A DNA stretch of 64,000 nt from Clostridia bacterium (GTDB lineage Bacteria > Bacillota > Clostridia > JAAYHZ01): positions 1 through 64,000 of the forward strand of contig JBMNIH010000007.1 in NCBI GenBank assembly GCA_050950825.1, given 5' to 3'. The notes beneath the pieces are model-generated. The model did not search any database. It was given only the letters and a program-made list of their open reading frames with translations, and was not told the DNA's origin. This document shows, in pieces, positions 27,856 through 37,615 of this stretch. Position 1 is the stretch's first letter, and every line of letters begins with the position of its first letter. The translations under genes and the position numbers were made by a program.

Positions 27856-28500
27856 TTATTTTTCCGATCGGTTTTTTAAAACGATGCAGCCTCTTTTTTG
27901 AACAATCAGGCCTTCGTCAACCATCATTTTTAACCTGCGGCTGATGACTTCTCGGCTGCTCCCCAATTCCACGGCGATTTTTTCATGGGTGGCAAAAACC
28001 CGTCCTTCCTCGTCGGCATGGTTTTCCAAATATTCCTCCAGGCGTTCTTGTATGCCCTTGAAGGTAACCATTTCCACCGTATTTAATGAACGGATCAATT
28101 TATCCGCCAAGGTACCGAAGACGAAGGCTTTAAAACCGGTATCTCTCTCCAGAAGATACATAAAGGTTTCAGGGGACATATCGGCAATGATGCAGTCGGT
28201 TTCGGCTTCCACGGAGAACCGGTATTCCAAGTTTCCTAAAATACAGACGGCGGCTAATACGCACATTTCTCCTTCGGTGACTCGGTAAACGGTCATTTCA
28301 CGGCCGTTGTCCGAAACCTTAAACAGTCGCAAAATGCCTTTGGCGACAAGAGGAACACCTTTGCAATCCCCTTGGTCCCCTACCATGATGAAGCCTTTGG
28401 GTATTTTTTTCATTCTCAGCCTGTCGAGCAAATATTCCCGATTTTCCGGCTTCATGTTTTTAATAAACGAAAACCTTTTTGAAATTTGTCGGATATCCAT
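27856..28500 (-). CDS. Crp/Fnr-family transcriptional regulator
   Basis: LFKVSDNGREMTVY cNMP-like domain; THEKIAVELGSSREVISRRL HTH. Confidence 0.9.
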   Translation of the reverse strand: MDIRQISKRFSFIKNMKPENREYLLDRLRMKKIPKGFIMVGDQGDCKGVPLVAKGILRLFKVSDNGREMTVYRVTEGEMCVLAAVCILGNLEYRFSVEAETDCIIADMSPETFMYLLERDTGFKAFVFGTLADKLIRSLNTVEMVTFKGIQERLEEYLENHADEEGRVFATHEKIAVELGSSREVISRRLKMMVDEGLIVQKRGCIVLKNRSEK

Positions 28501-28745
28501 GTTTTTTCCCTCGTCCTATTTTCCACCTTTATCATACCATCTATCCATGGGTTTTCTCAACGGTTATGTATCAATGAAAAAATCGTTGTAAAAAATTGTA
28601 GCTGCGCTATGTTTCTAGTATAATAGAGGAACAACGAAGATAACGCCTTTTCGGATGACTCGGATTAAAAGGACATATTGGAGAAGATAAAAATTTATTT
28701 ATCCATAAATTTTAATCATGAAAAAAAGATAAAGGAGATAAAAAT

Positions 28746-29657
28746 ATGGATAACGCAAGAATTATTGAACGGATTACCCAAAGGCCTTCCGGCAAATTGG
28801 ACATGGTGCTTGATACGGATACCTACAATGAAATCGACGACCAATTTGCCGTCTGTTATGCTCTATGCGCCGAAGACAAATTGAATGTAAAAGCCATCTA
28901 CGCGGCGCCCTTCTTCAATTCCATGTCCACCGGTCCGAAAGACGGGATGGAAAAAAGCTACGAAGAGATCTTAAAGCTTTTGAACTCCATGGGAAGAAGC
29001 CATGAAAACTTTGTTTTCAAAGGCTCGGACCGTTATTTGGAAAACCGAAACACTCCTTGCGACAATCCGGCGGTGCGGGATTTGATTGAAAAAGCATTGG
29101 CGCAGCCTGAGGATCGACCCTTGTACGTTGCCACCATCGGGGCCATTACGAATATCGCATCGGCCATACTGATAGAGCCTCGGATTATCGAAAAAATCGT
29201 GGTGGTATGGCTGGGAGGACATACCCATAGTTATCCTCACACCAAGGAATTTAATATGTACCAAGACAAAACCGCGGCCAACGTTGTTTTCGACAGCAAG
29301 GTACCGTTGGTGCAAATACCCTGTATGGGCGGTGTTGCATCCCGATTGATTACCACGCTGTATGACCTTTCGGCTCATTTGAAGGGTAAAAACAAAATGT
29401 GCGATACGTTGCTGAAGATTTATGAAGGTTGTGCTTCCGATCACTTCGGTTACGGACGCGTGATTTGGGACATATCCACCGTTGCATGGCTGATCAATCC
29501 TTCGTGGGTACCCGGTGCTTTTGTCAGCAGTCCGATCGTCAATGAAAACGATCGATACAGCTTTGACCCGAGACGCCATTTGATTTATTGTGCCTACGAC
29601 ATCGACCGTAATGCCGTATTCAAGGATATGTACGAACGGTTGATTGCCTTTAAATAA
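28746..29657 (+). CDS. Nucleoside hydrolase (IU-NH family)
   Basis: LDTDTYNEIDDQFA, IGAITNIA, EFN and IWD motifs. Confidence 0.88.
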   Translation: MDNARIIERITQRPSGKLDMVLDTDTYNEIDDQFAVCYALCAEDKLNVKAIYAAPFFNSMSTGPKDGMEKSYEEILKLLNSMGRSHENFVFKGSDRYLENRNTPCDNPAVRDLIEKALAQPEDRPLYVATIGAITNIASAILIEPRIIEKIVVVWLGGHTHSYPHTKEFNMYQDKTAANVVFDSKVPLVQIPCMGGVASRLITTLYDLSAHLKGKNKMCDTLLKIYEGCASDHFGYGRVIWDISTVAWLINPSWVPGAFVSSPIVNENDRYSFDPRRHLIYCAYDIDRNAVFKDMYERLIAFK

Positions 29658-29762
29658 AAGATTGTAGGATAAGCCAAAAAGGCAAGAATACCTTACGTTG
29701 ATAATCGCGAAGGGATTGTATATAATAAGCGAAGGAAATTTAAAGAAAAAGGAAGATCCACA

Positions 29763-32024
29763 TTGATTACTTTATATAACCAGAAAACAGCTCTCGTTAA
29801 CGGAGATCGATTAGTACCGGACATTTCTTTGGAAAAAGTCAATTATGCATTGGCGGAAGCCGGGCTGCCTGCGGTGACACCGCAAGAAATTGAAAAAGGC
29901 AAGGAGAATACCCTTGCATGGTCCATTCTTACGGCCCATAACACGTCGAAGGACCCCAAACAGTTAAAATTAAAATTTGATGCGTTAGCTTCCCACGACA
30001 TAACGTATGTAGGGATTATTCAAACGGCACGAGCAAGCGGATTGAAGGAGTTTCCCGTACCTTACGTATTGACCAACTGCCATAACAGCCTGTGTGCGGT
30101 AGGGGGAACCATCAATGAAGACGACCACTTGTTCGGTCTGTCCGCCGCCAAAAAATACGGAGGCGTTTTTGTCCCCGCCCATTTGGCGGTCATCCATCAG
30201 TACATGAGAGAAATGTATTCCGGATGCGGAAGAATGATTCTAGGGTCGGACAGCCATACCCGGTACGGTGCGCTGGGAACCATGGCCATCGGGGAAGGCG
30301 GACCGGAATTGGTGAAGCAGCTTTTGAATCGGACCTATGATATTGCTTATCCCGACACGGTTTGTGTCTATTTGGAAAACGAACCGAAAAAAGGCGTCGG
30401 TCCTCACGATGTGGCCTTGGCCATTATCGGAGAAGTTTTCAAAAACGGCTTCGTTAAAAACAGCGTGATGGAATTTACCGGACCCGGGGTTGCCGGTTTG
30501 TCCGTGGACTTTCGAAACGGAATCGACGTGATGACTACGGAAACGGCGTGTTTGAGCTCCATTTGGGTTACCGATCAAAAGGTTTACGAATATCTCAAGG
30601 CTCACGGCAGAGAAGATGCCTTCCGCGTTTTGAAGCCCGGAGACGTTGCCGTTTATGATCGGGCGATTCGGGTGGATCTGTCAAAGATGGAGCCCATGAT
30701 TGCGCTGCCCTTCCATCCCAGCAACACCTATACCATTAAAGAGTTCTTGAAAAACGCGCCGGATTTGTTGGCGGAAATCGACGAAGAAGTAAAAAGAAAG
30801 AACCCTGAAATCGACGTCGCTTTGAAAGACCTATACAAGGACGGAAAGGTGACGGTCAACCAAGGAATTATAGCAGGCTGCAGCGGAGGAACCTTCGAGA
30901 ATATTTGCGCCGCCGCGGACGTATTGGACGGAAAATCCGTCGGCACCGATGAATTCGTGTTAAGCGTATATCCTCAAAGCCAGCCGGTGTTTTATGAATT
31001 GAACCGCAACGGCTCGGTTAACAAATTAATGGCGGCCGGAGCGGTTATAAAGACGGCGTTCTGCGGTCCTTGCTTTGGGGCGGGAGACGTGCCTGCGAAC
31101 AACTCCTTGAGTATTCGCCATACCACGAGAAACTTCCCCAACCGAGAAGGCTCAAAGCCGGGAGACGGCCAAATTGCCGCCGTAGCGCTGATGGACGCAA
31201 GGTCCATTGCCGCTACCGCACTGAATCACGGTGTTATAACGCCTGCTACGGAAATCGATTTCCCTGATAAGGAATATCCTTATACCTTCAGCGGAGAAAT
31301 TTACAAAAACCGAGTTTACAACGGATACAAAAAGGCGGATCCCTCGGTATCCTTACGTCTTGGACCCAACATTAAGGACTGGCCGGAAATGGAGCCTTTA
31401 AAAGAGCATTTGCTGCTTAAGGTCGCTTCTTTTATTGACGATCCGGTGACCACCACCGACGAATTGATTCCTTCCGGGGAAACGTCATCGTATCGATCCA
31501 ATCCCATTAAGCTGGCGGAATTTGCTTTAGGCCGAGTCGATCCGGGATACGTAAAAAGAGCCAAGGAAATTGCTCGTTTGAACCAAAACAAAGGACAAGC
31601 GGAGGAATTAAAGCAACTGCCCTTCGATTTGGATTTGGACAACACCGTTTTGGGCAGCGTCATTTACGCAAACAAGCCCGGGGACGGTTCGGCAAGAGAA
31701 CAGGCTGCTTCCGTTCAAAAGGTCTTAGGCGGCTATGCGAATATCGCTTTGGAATATGCGACAAAGCGCTACAGAAGCAATCTGGTGAACTGGGGCTTGC
31801 TGCCGTTTATCGTTAGCGAAAAGCCTTCCTTCAAGGTCGGCGACTATATCTATATCGAAGGAATACGAAGCGGAATCCTTCAAGGGAAGCGAGAATTTGA
31901 TGCCGTGGTGATATCCGGCGGGGAAAAATCCGTATTGAAATTGAAGCTGCCCGGCTTAACCGACGGCGAACGGGATATTTTGTTGGAAGGAAGCTTGATC
32001 AATTACTACAAGTCCGGGAAGTAA
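29763..32024 (+). CDS. Aconitase-family hydratase (YbhJ-like)
   Basis: [32 protein letters not shown] and GDGSAREQA motifs. Confidence 0.9.
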   Translation: MITLYNQKTALVNGDRLVPDISLEKVNYALAEAGLPAVTPQEIEKGKENTLAWSILTAHNTSKDPKQLKLKFDALASHDITYVGIIQTARASGLKEFPVPYVLTNCHNSLCAVGGTINEDDHLFGLSAAKKYGGVFVPAHLAVIHQYMREMYSGCGRMILGSDSHTRYGALGTMAIGEGGPELVKQLLNRTYDIAYPDTVCVYLENEPKKGVGPHDVALAIIGEVFKNGFVKNSVMEFTGPGVAGLSVDFRNGIDVMTTETACLSSIWVTDQKVYEYLKAHGREDAFRVLKPGDVAVYDRAIRVDLSKMEPMIALPFHPSNTYTIKEFLKNAPDLLAEIDEEVKRKNPEIDVALKDLYKDGKVTVNQGIIAGCSGGTFENICAAADVLDGKSVGTDEFVLSVYPQSQPVFYELNRNGSVNKLMAAGAVIKTAFCGPCFGAGDVPANNSLSIRHTTRNFPNREGSKPGDGQIAAVALMDARSIAATALNHGVITPATEIDFPDKEYPYTFSGEIYKNRVYNGYKKADPSVSLRLGPNIKDWPEMEPLKEHLLLKVASFIDDPVTTTDELIPSGETSSYRSNPIKLAEFALGRVDPGYVKRAKEIARLNQNKGQAEELKQLPFDLDLDNTVLGSVIYANKPGDGSAREQAASVQKVLGGYANIALEYATKRYRSNLVNWGLLPFIVSEKPSFKVGDYIYIEGIRSGILQGKREFDAVVISGGEKSVLKLKLPGLTDGERDILLEGSLINYYKSGK

Positions 32025-32079
32025 TTCATGGCTACTCGGGTTGTAGTATGATATAATATATTACAAAATAAAGAAAAGG

Positions 32080-32946
32080 ATGTTGTGTGATATGATAATA
32101 ACCGGTATTGGCGATGAATCGGGCAAGAGCCTACAAGCCCAAATTAAGGCGCATAAGGAATTAGGATGGGATGCAATCGAGCTTCGCTTGGTTGACGGTG
32201 TCAATGTTTCCACAACCCAATTTCCCGATGACAAATTTGAGGAAGTCGTAGAAACGTTGGCTGCAAATAATATGAAGGTAGCGGGCTTTGCATCGGCCAT
32301 TGGCAACTGGAGCCGTCCCATTAACGGAGACTTTTCCATCGACGTAGAAGACCTGAAGGTGGCTGCAAAAAGAATGAACCGTTTGGGAACCAAGTACATT
32401 CGCGTAATGTCTTGGGTGGAAAAGGATCTCCCCGAGCCGGAGCTTCGCAAGGAAGTGATTCGCAGATTGAAGGAATTGACCAAAATTGCGGAATCCGAAG
32501 GAATTTACATTGCTCATGAAAACTGCACGGGCTGGGGTGGCCGCAGCGCCAATCACATGCTGGAATTGAAGGAGGAAATCAACAGCCCCAATTTCGTACT
32601 TCTTTATGATATCGGTAACGTGGTTTCCTACGGATACGATCCTATGGATTTCTTTAAAGTCATCCGCGGACACTTTGCCTACATCCATGTCAAGGATGCC
32701 ATCGCGGTTCCCGGACAGCATTCGGATAAATTCCGCTACTGCGGCGAAGGGGATGCCAAAGTGAAGGAAATATTGGAAACGGTTATTAAAGAAGACGGCT
32801 ACGACGGCGTTATCTCCATCGAGCCCCACATTGCGGCCATTGTTCATTCCGGTGAAGGAAGAGAAAAGACCGACGAAGAATTGAGCCAATCCTATATCAC
32901 ATACGGCAGAAAGCTGCAGGGGATATTGGATGAAATATTAAAATAA
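32080..32946 (+). CDS. Sugar phosphate isomerase/epimerase (TIM barrel)
   Basis: GIGDE, IELR, HENC, YDIGN, HVKD and GYDGVISIEPH motifs. Confidence 0.85.
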   Translation: MLCDMIITGIGDESGKSLQAQIKAHKELGWDAIELRLVDGVNVSTTQFPDDKFEEVVETLAANNMKVAGFASAIGNWSRPINGDFSIDVEDLKVAAKRMNRLGTKYIRVMSWVEKDLPEPELRKEVIRRLKELTKIAESEGIYIAHENCTGWGGRSANHMLELKEEINSPNFVLLYDIGNVVSYGYDPMDFFKVIRGHFAYIHVKDAIAVPGQHSDKFRYCGEGDAKVKEILETVIKEDGYDGVISIEPHIAAIVHSGEGREKTDEELSQSYITYGRKLQGILDEILK

Positions 32947-32965
32947 CTAATATTTGGAGGGTACT

Positions 32966-33733
32966 ATGAGTTTAGTAAAAACAATAAAAGCGGATCGTTT
33001 GACCGTTAAGATTTACGATTCGAGAAAGGCCATGGGCGATGCCGCTGCAGCCGACGTTGCGGCAAAGATTAAGGAAATAGCGAATGAAAAAGGCGAAGTC
33101 AATATGATTTTTGCTTCCGCTCCTTCTCAAAACGAGTTCTTAGCCGGCTTATTGGCGGATAAAGATATTCCTTGGGAAAAAGTTAACACATTCCATATGG
33201 ATGAATACATCGGCCTTGACAAGGATGCTCCTCAAGGATTCGGTAACTTTATTCGCGACAGGCTGTGGGGAAAAGTGAACCTCAAATCTGCAAATTACTT
33301 AAACGGAAATGCGGAAGACCTGAAAGCCGAATGCGAAAGATATGCCGGACTTTTGGCCGCTCATCCCATTGACATCGTTTGTATGGGTATCGGCGAAAAC
33401 GGCCACTTGGCATTTAACGACCCCGGTATCGCAAAATTCGGTGACACCGAAGTGGTTAAAGTGGTGAAGCTGGACGAAGTATGCAGACAACAGCAAGTCA
33501 ACGACGGATGCTTCGCATCCATCGATTTGGTACCTACCCATGCGTTGTCCTTAACCATTCCTACGTTGGTAGACAAGGGATGGCTGTACTGCATCGTGCC
33601 TGCGAAGACAAAGGCCAGAGCCGTATACGACACGGTGAAGGGTTATGTGAACGAATTGGTTCCGGCTACCATTTTAAGAACAAAGGACAAGGCTACCTTG
33701 TACTTGGATCCGGACAGCAGCTACTTGCTGTAA
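32966..33733 (+). CDS. Glucosamine-6-phosphate deaminase/isomerase family (NagB-like)
   Basis: FHMDEYIG and GIGENGHLAFNDP motifs; ASAPSQ variant of the phosphate loop. Confidence 0.8.
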   Translation: MSLVKTIKADRLTVKIYDSRKAMGDAAAADVAAKIKEIANEKGEVNMIFASAPSQNEFLAGLLADKDIPWEKVNTFHMDEYIGLDKDAPQGFGNFIRDRLWGKVNLKSANYLNGNAEDLKAECERYAGLLAAHPIDIVCMGIGENGHLAFNDPGIAKFGDTEVVKVVKLDEVCRQQQVNDGCFASIDLVPTHALSLTIPTLVDKGWLYCIVPAKTKARAVYDTVKGYVNELVPATILRTKDKATLYLDPDSSYLL

Positions 33734-33756
33734 TCAATGTAAATAAAGTATGCATT

Positions 33757-33790
33757 AAGCGGCGGCGACGAGATGTAACCGCCGCTTTTT
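33757..33790 (+). terminator. Intrinsic terminator
   Basis: AAGCGGCGG...CCGCCGCTTTTT. Confidence 0.75.
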
Positions 33791-33896
33791 GTATCAAGAA
33801 TTTTGTCTTAAGGGAAGTAAGTGGTAACCTATGTGACCGGTGTTATGTAAAGAATATGGTATAATAGTGAAAAATATGATAAAGGAGGCCGAAAAA

Positions 33897-34316
33897 ATGA
33901 AAGCGGTATATACTACGCAAGTAACGAACACCGGAGGTCGCAACGGACGATCCTATGTTCCGGACGGAAGTTTTTCGGTTGATGTTGCCAAACCCAAGGA
34001 AATGGGCGGTGACGCTACAAATGCCACCAATCCCGAGCAGTTGTTTGCCGCTGCCTACAGCGCTTGTTTTAACGGTGCCCTGCAGTTGGTACTGGAAAGA
34101 GCGAGGGTAAAGTACGAGTCGAGTAAAGTAACGGCTATTGTATCGTTGGTAGAGGATCCGATTGACAAGGGACTGAAGCTTTCCGCGCGTATCCAAGCCG
34201 CTATCGACGGCGTGGACAAAGAAACGGCGGAGAAGTATGTAAAGCTGGCACACAACATTTGCCCTTACTCGAAAGCCGTGAAAGGAAACGTGGAGGTCGA
34301 AATCGAAGTCCTATAG
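33897..34316 (+). CDS. ohr: Organic hydroperoxide resistance protein (Ohr/OsmC family)
   Basis: GGRNG, TNPEQLFAAAYSACF and AHNICPYSKA motifs. Confidence 0.93.
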   Translation: MKAVYTTQVTNTGGRNGRSYVPDGSFSVDVAKPKEMGGDATNATNPEQLFAAAYSACFNGALQLVLERARVKYESSKVTAIVSLVEDPIDKGLKLSARIQAAIDGVDKETAEKYVKLAHNICPYSKAVKGNVEVEIEVL

Positions 34317-34338
34317 CCTCAATATTAAAGCTTGGAAT

Positions 34339-34364
34339 AAAAAAGGAGCTTTTCGCTCCTTTTT
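34339..34364. terminator. Bidirectional terminator
   Basis: AAAAAAGGAGC-TTTTC-GCTCCTTTTT. Confidence 0.78.
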
Positions 34365-34373
34365 CTTGTACCT

Positions 34374-36344
34374 TTATTTAAGAGGTATTTTCAGGATTTG
34401 GCCGACAACGATGGGATCGTCGTCTTTTAAATTGTTGTATTCTTGAATGATTTTGTACTTATTCCCGTCGTTGTATACTTTTCTGCTGATCTCGATTAAA
34501 TAATCGCCGGGCTGTACCACGTAGAGCTCGAATTCCGTACCGTCCTCGTCGACGAGGGGAGGAATATACAATTTTTGGCCTACAGTAAGATCGGTACCCT
34601 GCAAGTTGTTGTATTCCACGATGACGTGATAATATTCATCCACTCCGTAAAAATCCTTGCTAATTTTTCTTAAATAATCCCCGGCTTGAACGATATATTC
34701 CCTAACGCCTTTGTAACCGTTTGCTCCCGTTGTCTGAGAAGAAGAGGTCGTTGCGGTTTGGGTTGCGGTTGTCGTTTCCGCCGTTGTCGTAACGGGTTGT
34801 GTCGTTTCCACCGGATTGCCGCCCGGCTGTGTCGTTTCGATTCGAGTTCCGTTGTGTCCTTCAACGGATATTTCGTATTTATTGTTATCGTCGGATATTT
34901 CGTTGTTTACTTCTTGTACGTTTCGGTCGTCGAAAAACCGGAATACGTTAATTAAACCGTATGCTACGAATACCATAACGGCAAACAAGAGGAAGAACAA
35001 AAGCACGGTTTTGACGGGAAAACGAAGCTGTTTTCGAACGGCTTTCGTTTTTTCGTTAACCGACGGCTTCTTGTTTGCAGAAGGATAAACGAGCTTTTCT
35101 TTGGAAGCCGGTGCCGCCGGTTTCTCTTCCGGTTTTTTCTTCAAGGGAATATCCCGGTCCTTCTTTTTTGCCAAGCGGATGAACGGAATTTTTATCTCTT
35201 TGGGTTTTTGATCCTTTTGCTCTTTGTCTTTTTCCTTATGCTTCCGAACAGGCTTGATGATTACGGGGGCCTCCTTAGGTGGCTTTACGGGTTCCTTCTC
35301 GGATTCTTCTTTGGGTTTTACGCGGTCGAAGCTGCTTTTTAACAACTGTTTCGAAATTTCTTCGGCTAAAGAGTTGCTTTTTGCGGGTTCTTCCGCTTCC
35401 TCTTCTTGCTCTTTTTCATCCGGTTCTTCCGACTCCTCTATCTCCTCGAACTCATCGGATTCTTCCGGTTTTTCCGTCATTTCTTCGATTTCTTCATCTT
35501 CAATTTCTTCAATCTCGATTTCTTTCGTTTCCTTTTTTCCGGTTATCGAAGTTCCCGGTTTTTCTTTCCCTTTAAACCAGTTCAATATTAAGGGCTCCGA
35601 TTTTTTCGTTTCCTTTTCTTCCTTGAATTCCTTTACGGAATCTATCGGCTTGATTTCCGGACGTTCCACATCCATAAAAAAGTCAAGGACTTCATTTTTG
35701 ATGGCGGAATATTCCAAAGCCATTCTTTCTAAGGTTTCAAAGCGGCCGAAAGCCGCTTTTACAACAAAAGCATCGATTTGATTGGGGCAATTTTTTACGT
35801 CGGAAAACAATTCGTACAGGATGTTCCCTGTTGCCGAGATATATTTCGCATCGGTGATGAGATAAGGTGTATTGTTAAAGTCCAAATAGAAGTTCACGTT
35901 CACCGCATCATTACCGAGGATAACGGTATTGCCGATATTCATCGCCGTGATTTTTAACATGGGGGGATAAACATTCAGACTAATGGCTTTTTCAATCAGT
36001 TTTTCCCCGATATCCAACCGTTCGAATAAATCCGGATTGTTATTGGCCATATATTTACGCAGCTCAATACCGTTGTGGTATTCGAACACCACATACAAAT
36101 CGGACTCATGAGTAAAAAGCTCAATGAAATCCCTGTGGATATCGTGATTCAGTTCTTGGCAAATCTCGGCGGCTTTCTCTTTGATACTATCGGTTTTGAA
36201 TCGATTGACCGTATATAGTAAATTGTCGGATTCGCTTTGGCAAATATATATACTGATATCTTCCGTTTCTAATACTATTTTTTTTACAAGATAATGATTT
36301 CCAACCTTTAAATCGTTATAATATGAATTCATAAAATTCACCAA
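34374..36344 (-). CDS. Membrane protein: degenerate kinase-like N-domain, charged linker, TM, two LysM domains
   Basis: LysM repeats YIVQAGDYLRKIS...GQKLYIP and YVVQPGDYLIEIS...GQILKIP; single TM; LYVVFEY..G and GNILYELF kinase-like motifs. Confidence 0.78.
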   Translation of the reverse strand: MVNFMNSYYNDLKVGNHYLVKKIVLETEDISIYICQSESDNLLYTVNRFKTDSIKEKAAEICQELNHDIHRDFIELFTHESDLYVVFEYHNGIELRKYMANNNPDLFERLDIGEKLIEKAISLNVYPPMLKITAMNIGNTVILGNDAVNVNFYLDFNNTPYLITDAKYISATGNILYELFSDVKNCPNQIDAFVVKAAFGRFETLERMALEYSAIKNEVLDFFMDVERPEIKPIDSVKEFKEEKETKKSEPLILNWFKGKEKPGTSITGKKETKEIEIEEIEDEEIEEMTEKPEESDEFEEIEESEEPDEKEQEEEAEEPAKSNSLAEEISKQLLKSSFDRVKPKEESEKEPVKPPKEAPVIIKPVRKHKEKDKEQKDQKPKEIKIPFIRLAKKKDRDIPLKKKPEEKPAAPASKEKLVYPSANKKPSVNEKTKAVRKQLRFPVKTVLLFFLLFAVMVFVAYGLINVFRFFDDRNVQEVNNEISDDNNKYEISVEGHNGTRIETTQPGGNPVETTQPVTTTAETTTATQTATTSSSQTTGANGYKGVREYIVQAGDYLRKISKDFYGVDEYYHVIVEYNNLQGTDLTVGQKLYIPPLVDEDGTEFELYVVQPGDYLIEISRKVYNDGNKYKIIQEYNNLKDDDPIVVGQILKIPLK

Positions 36345-36451
36345 CCCCCGAATTTAGTATAATCAATATTATTTAATTAAGCAAGAAAAAAGGTGTACAT
36401 ATTGTACGATTTGGTTTTTTTCCATGCTATAATGGTTACATAAAATATATA

Positions 36452-37615
36452 TTGGGATTGGGATCATATATGTTAAGAAAAAACGGCTTTTTTATCTTAC
36501 TGGTTATCGCCATAGCATCTTCGTTGATAATCGCAAATGCAAATATTAAGACGGATATTGTAACCGCTTCTTCTTTTTATGATCACGTACAAAATGCCAT
36601 TACCGACGGGGACGGAAACCTTTGGGTGCTGTACCGTCACGACAAGGGATACACCGTGATTCAATACACGCCGAAAGGTGAAATAGGGAAAATTACGGAG
36701 CTTAAAGCAAAAGGTAAGGATACCGGTATCTTGGCCGAGCACATGTATGTGGATAAAGATAAAAATCTATTTGTCACGAAAAGCTATTTGGATAATACCA
36801 CGGGATTGGTGGAGAGCGAAACGGTAATCATGATCAAAGAGGATTCGGTGGAGGAGGTTTTCCGGATTCGTTACCGACAGGATGACAATGTTTGGCTTCC
36901 CGCCATCAGCCATATTTTCTGCGAGGGTAACAATTTATTTGTGGTTATGAACGAAATATCCGGCATCAAGGTATATTGCGTCAGCCTGTCCAATAAAGCG
37001 GCTTCCAAAACCGACGAATACATTCCCGCCGGCGACATCTATATCGACAGCGCCGTTCGCTTGGAAAACGGAACCGTTGTGTTTTCCACAAAAGAAGGCA
37101 ATGTATACGTGATTCGGAATAAAAAAGAGGCGGAGAAAATCTATCCGGTAAGCGGAAGCGGTTCGCGAATCGGCAAGCTGCAAGCGGTATCCGGAAACCG
37201 AGTACGGTTTTTGGATTACAATTCCGATTCTTATGTATCCATGGCATATATGGATTTTCCTCAAGAGGTCCTTTATCAAAAGGATGACGACCTTTTGGAG
37301 GATCCCCAAATCCTCTACAAGGATATTCAAGACCTGTTCACAAGCTCCCAAGGTCTTGTGGCGGCTTGGCTGAAGTACAAAGGGGATACCGTATTTTTGT
37401 ACGGCTCCATAAACAATTTAAAGATGCTCAACGCATCCAAAACCGCAGGGAAGGTAAAAACCGTAAATACCTTGGTCAAGGTGCTGATCGTTTTAGCCGC
37501 TTTTTGCGCCACCGTTGTATTATGGCAAATTTTCTTGTACTTTGACATTAAATATTTCAGAAAGAAAAGAATCGTCGTAAGGACGGTGCCGAGACCCGGT
37601 GCGGAAAAGCGGTAG
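36452..37615 (+). CDS. Hypothetical membrane protein with extracellular beta-propeller-like domain
   Basis: N- and C-terminal hydrophobic helices; TDGDGNLWV and VDKDKNLFV repeats. Confidence 0.6.
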   Translation: MGLGSYMLRKNGFFILLVIAIASSLIIANANIKTDIVTASSFYDHVQNAITDGDGNLWVLYRHDKGYTVIQYTPKGEIGKITELKAKGKDTGILAEHMYVDKDKNLFVTKSYLDNTTGLVESETVIMIKEDSVEEVFRIRYRQDDNVWLPAISHIFCEGNNLFVVMNEISGIKVYCVSLSNKAASKTDEYIPAGDIYIDSAVRLENGTVVFSTKEGNVYVIRNKKEAEKIYPVSGSGSRIGKLQAVSGNRVRFLDYNSDSYVSMAYMDFPQEVLYQKDDDLLEDPQILYKDIQDLFTSSQGLVAAWLKYKGDTVFLYGSINNLKMLNASKTAGKVKTVNTLVKVLIVLAAFCATVVLWQIFLYFDIKYFRKKRIVVRTVPRPGAEKR

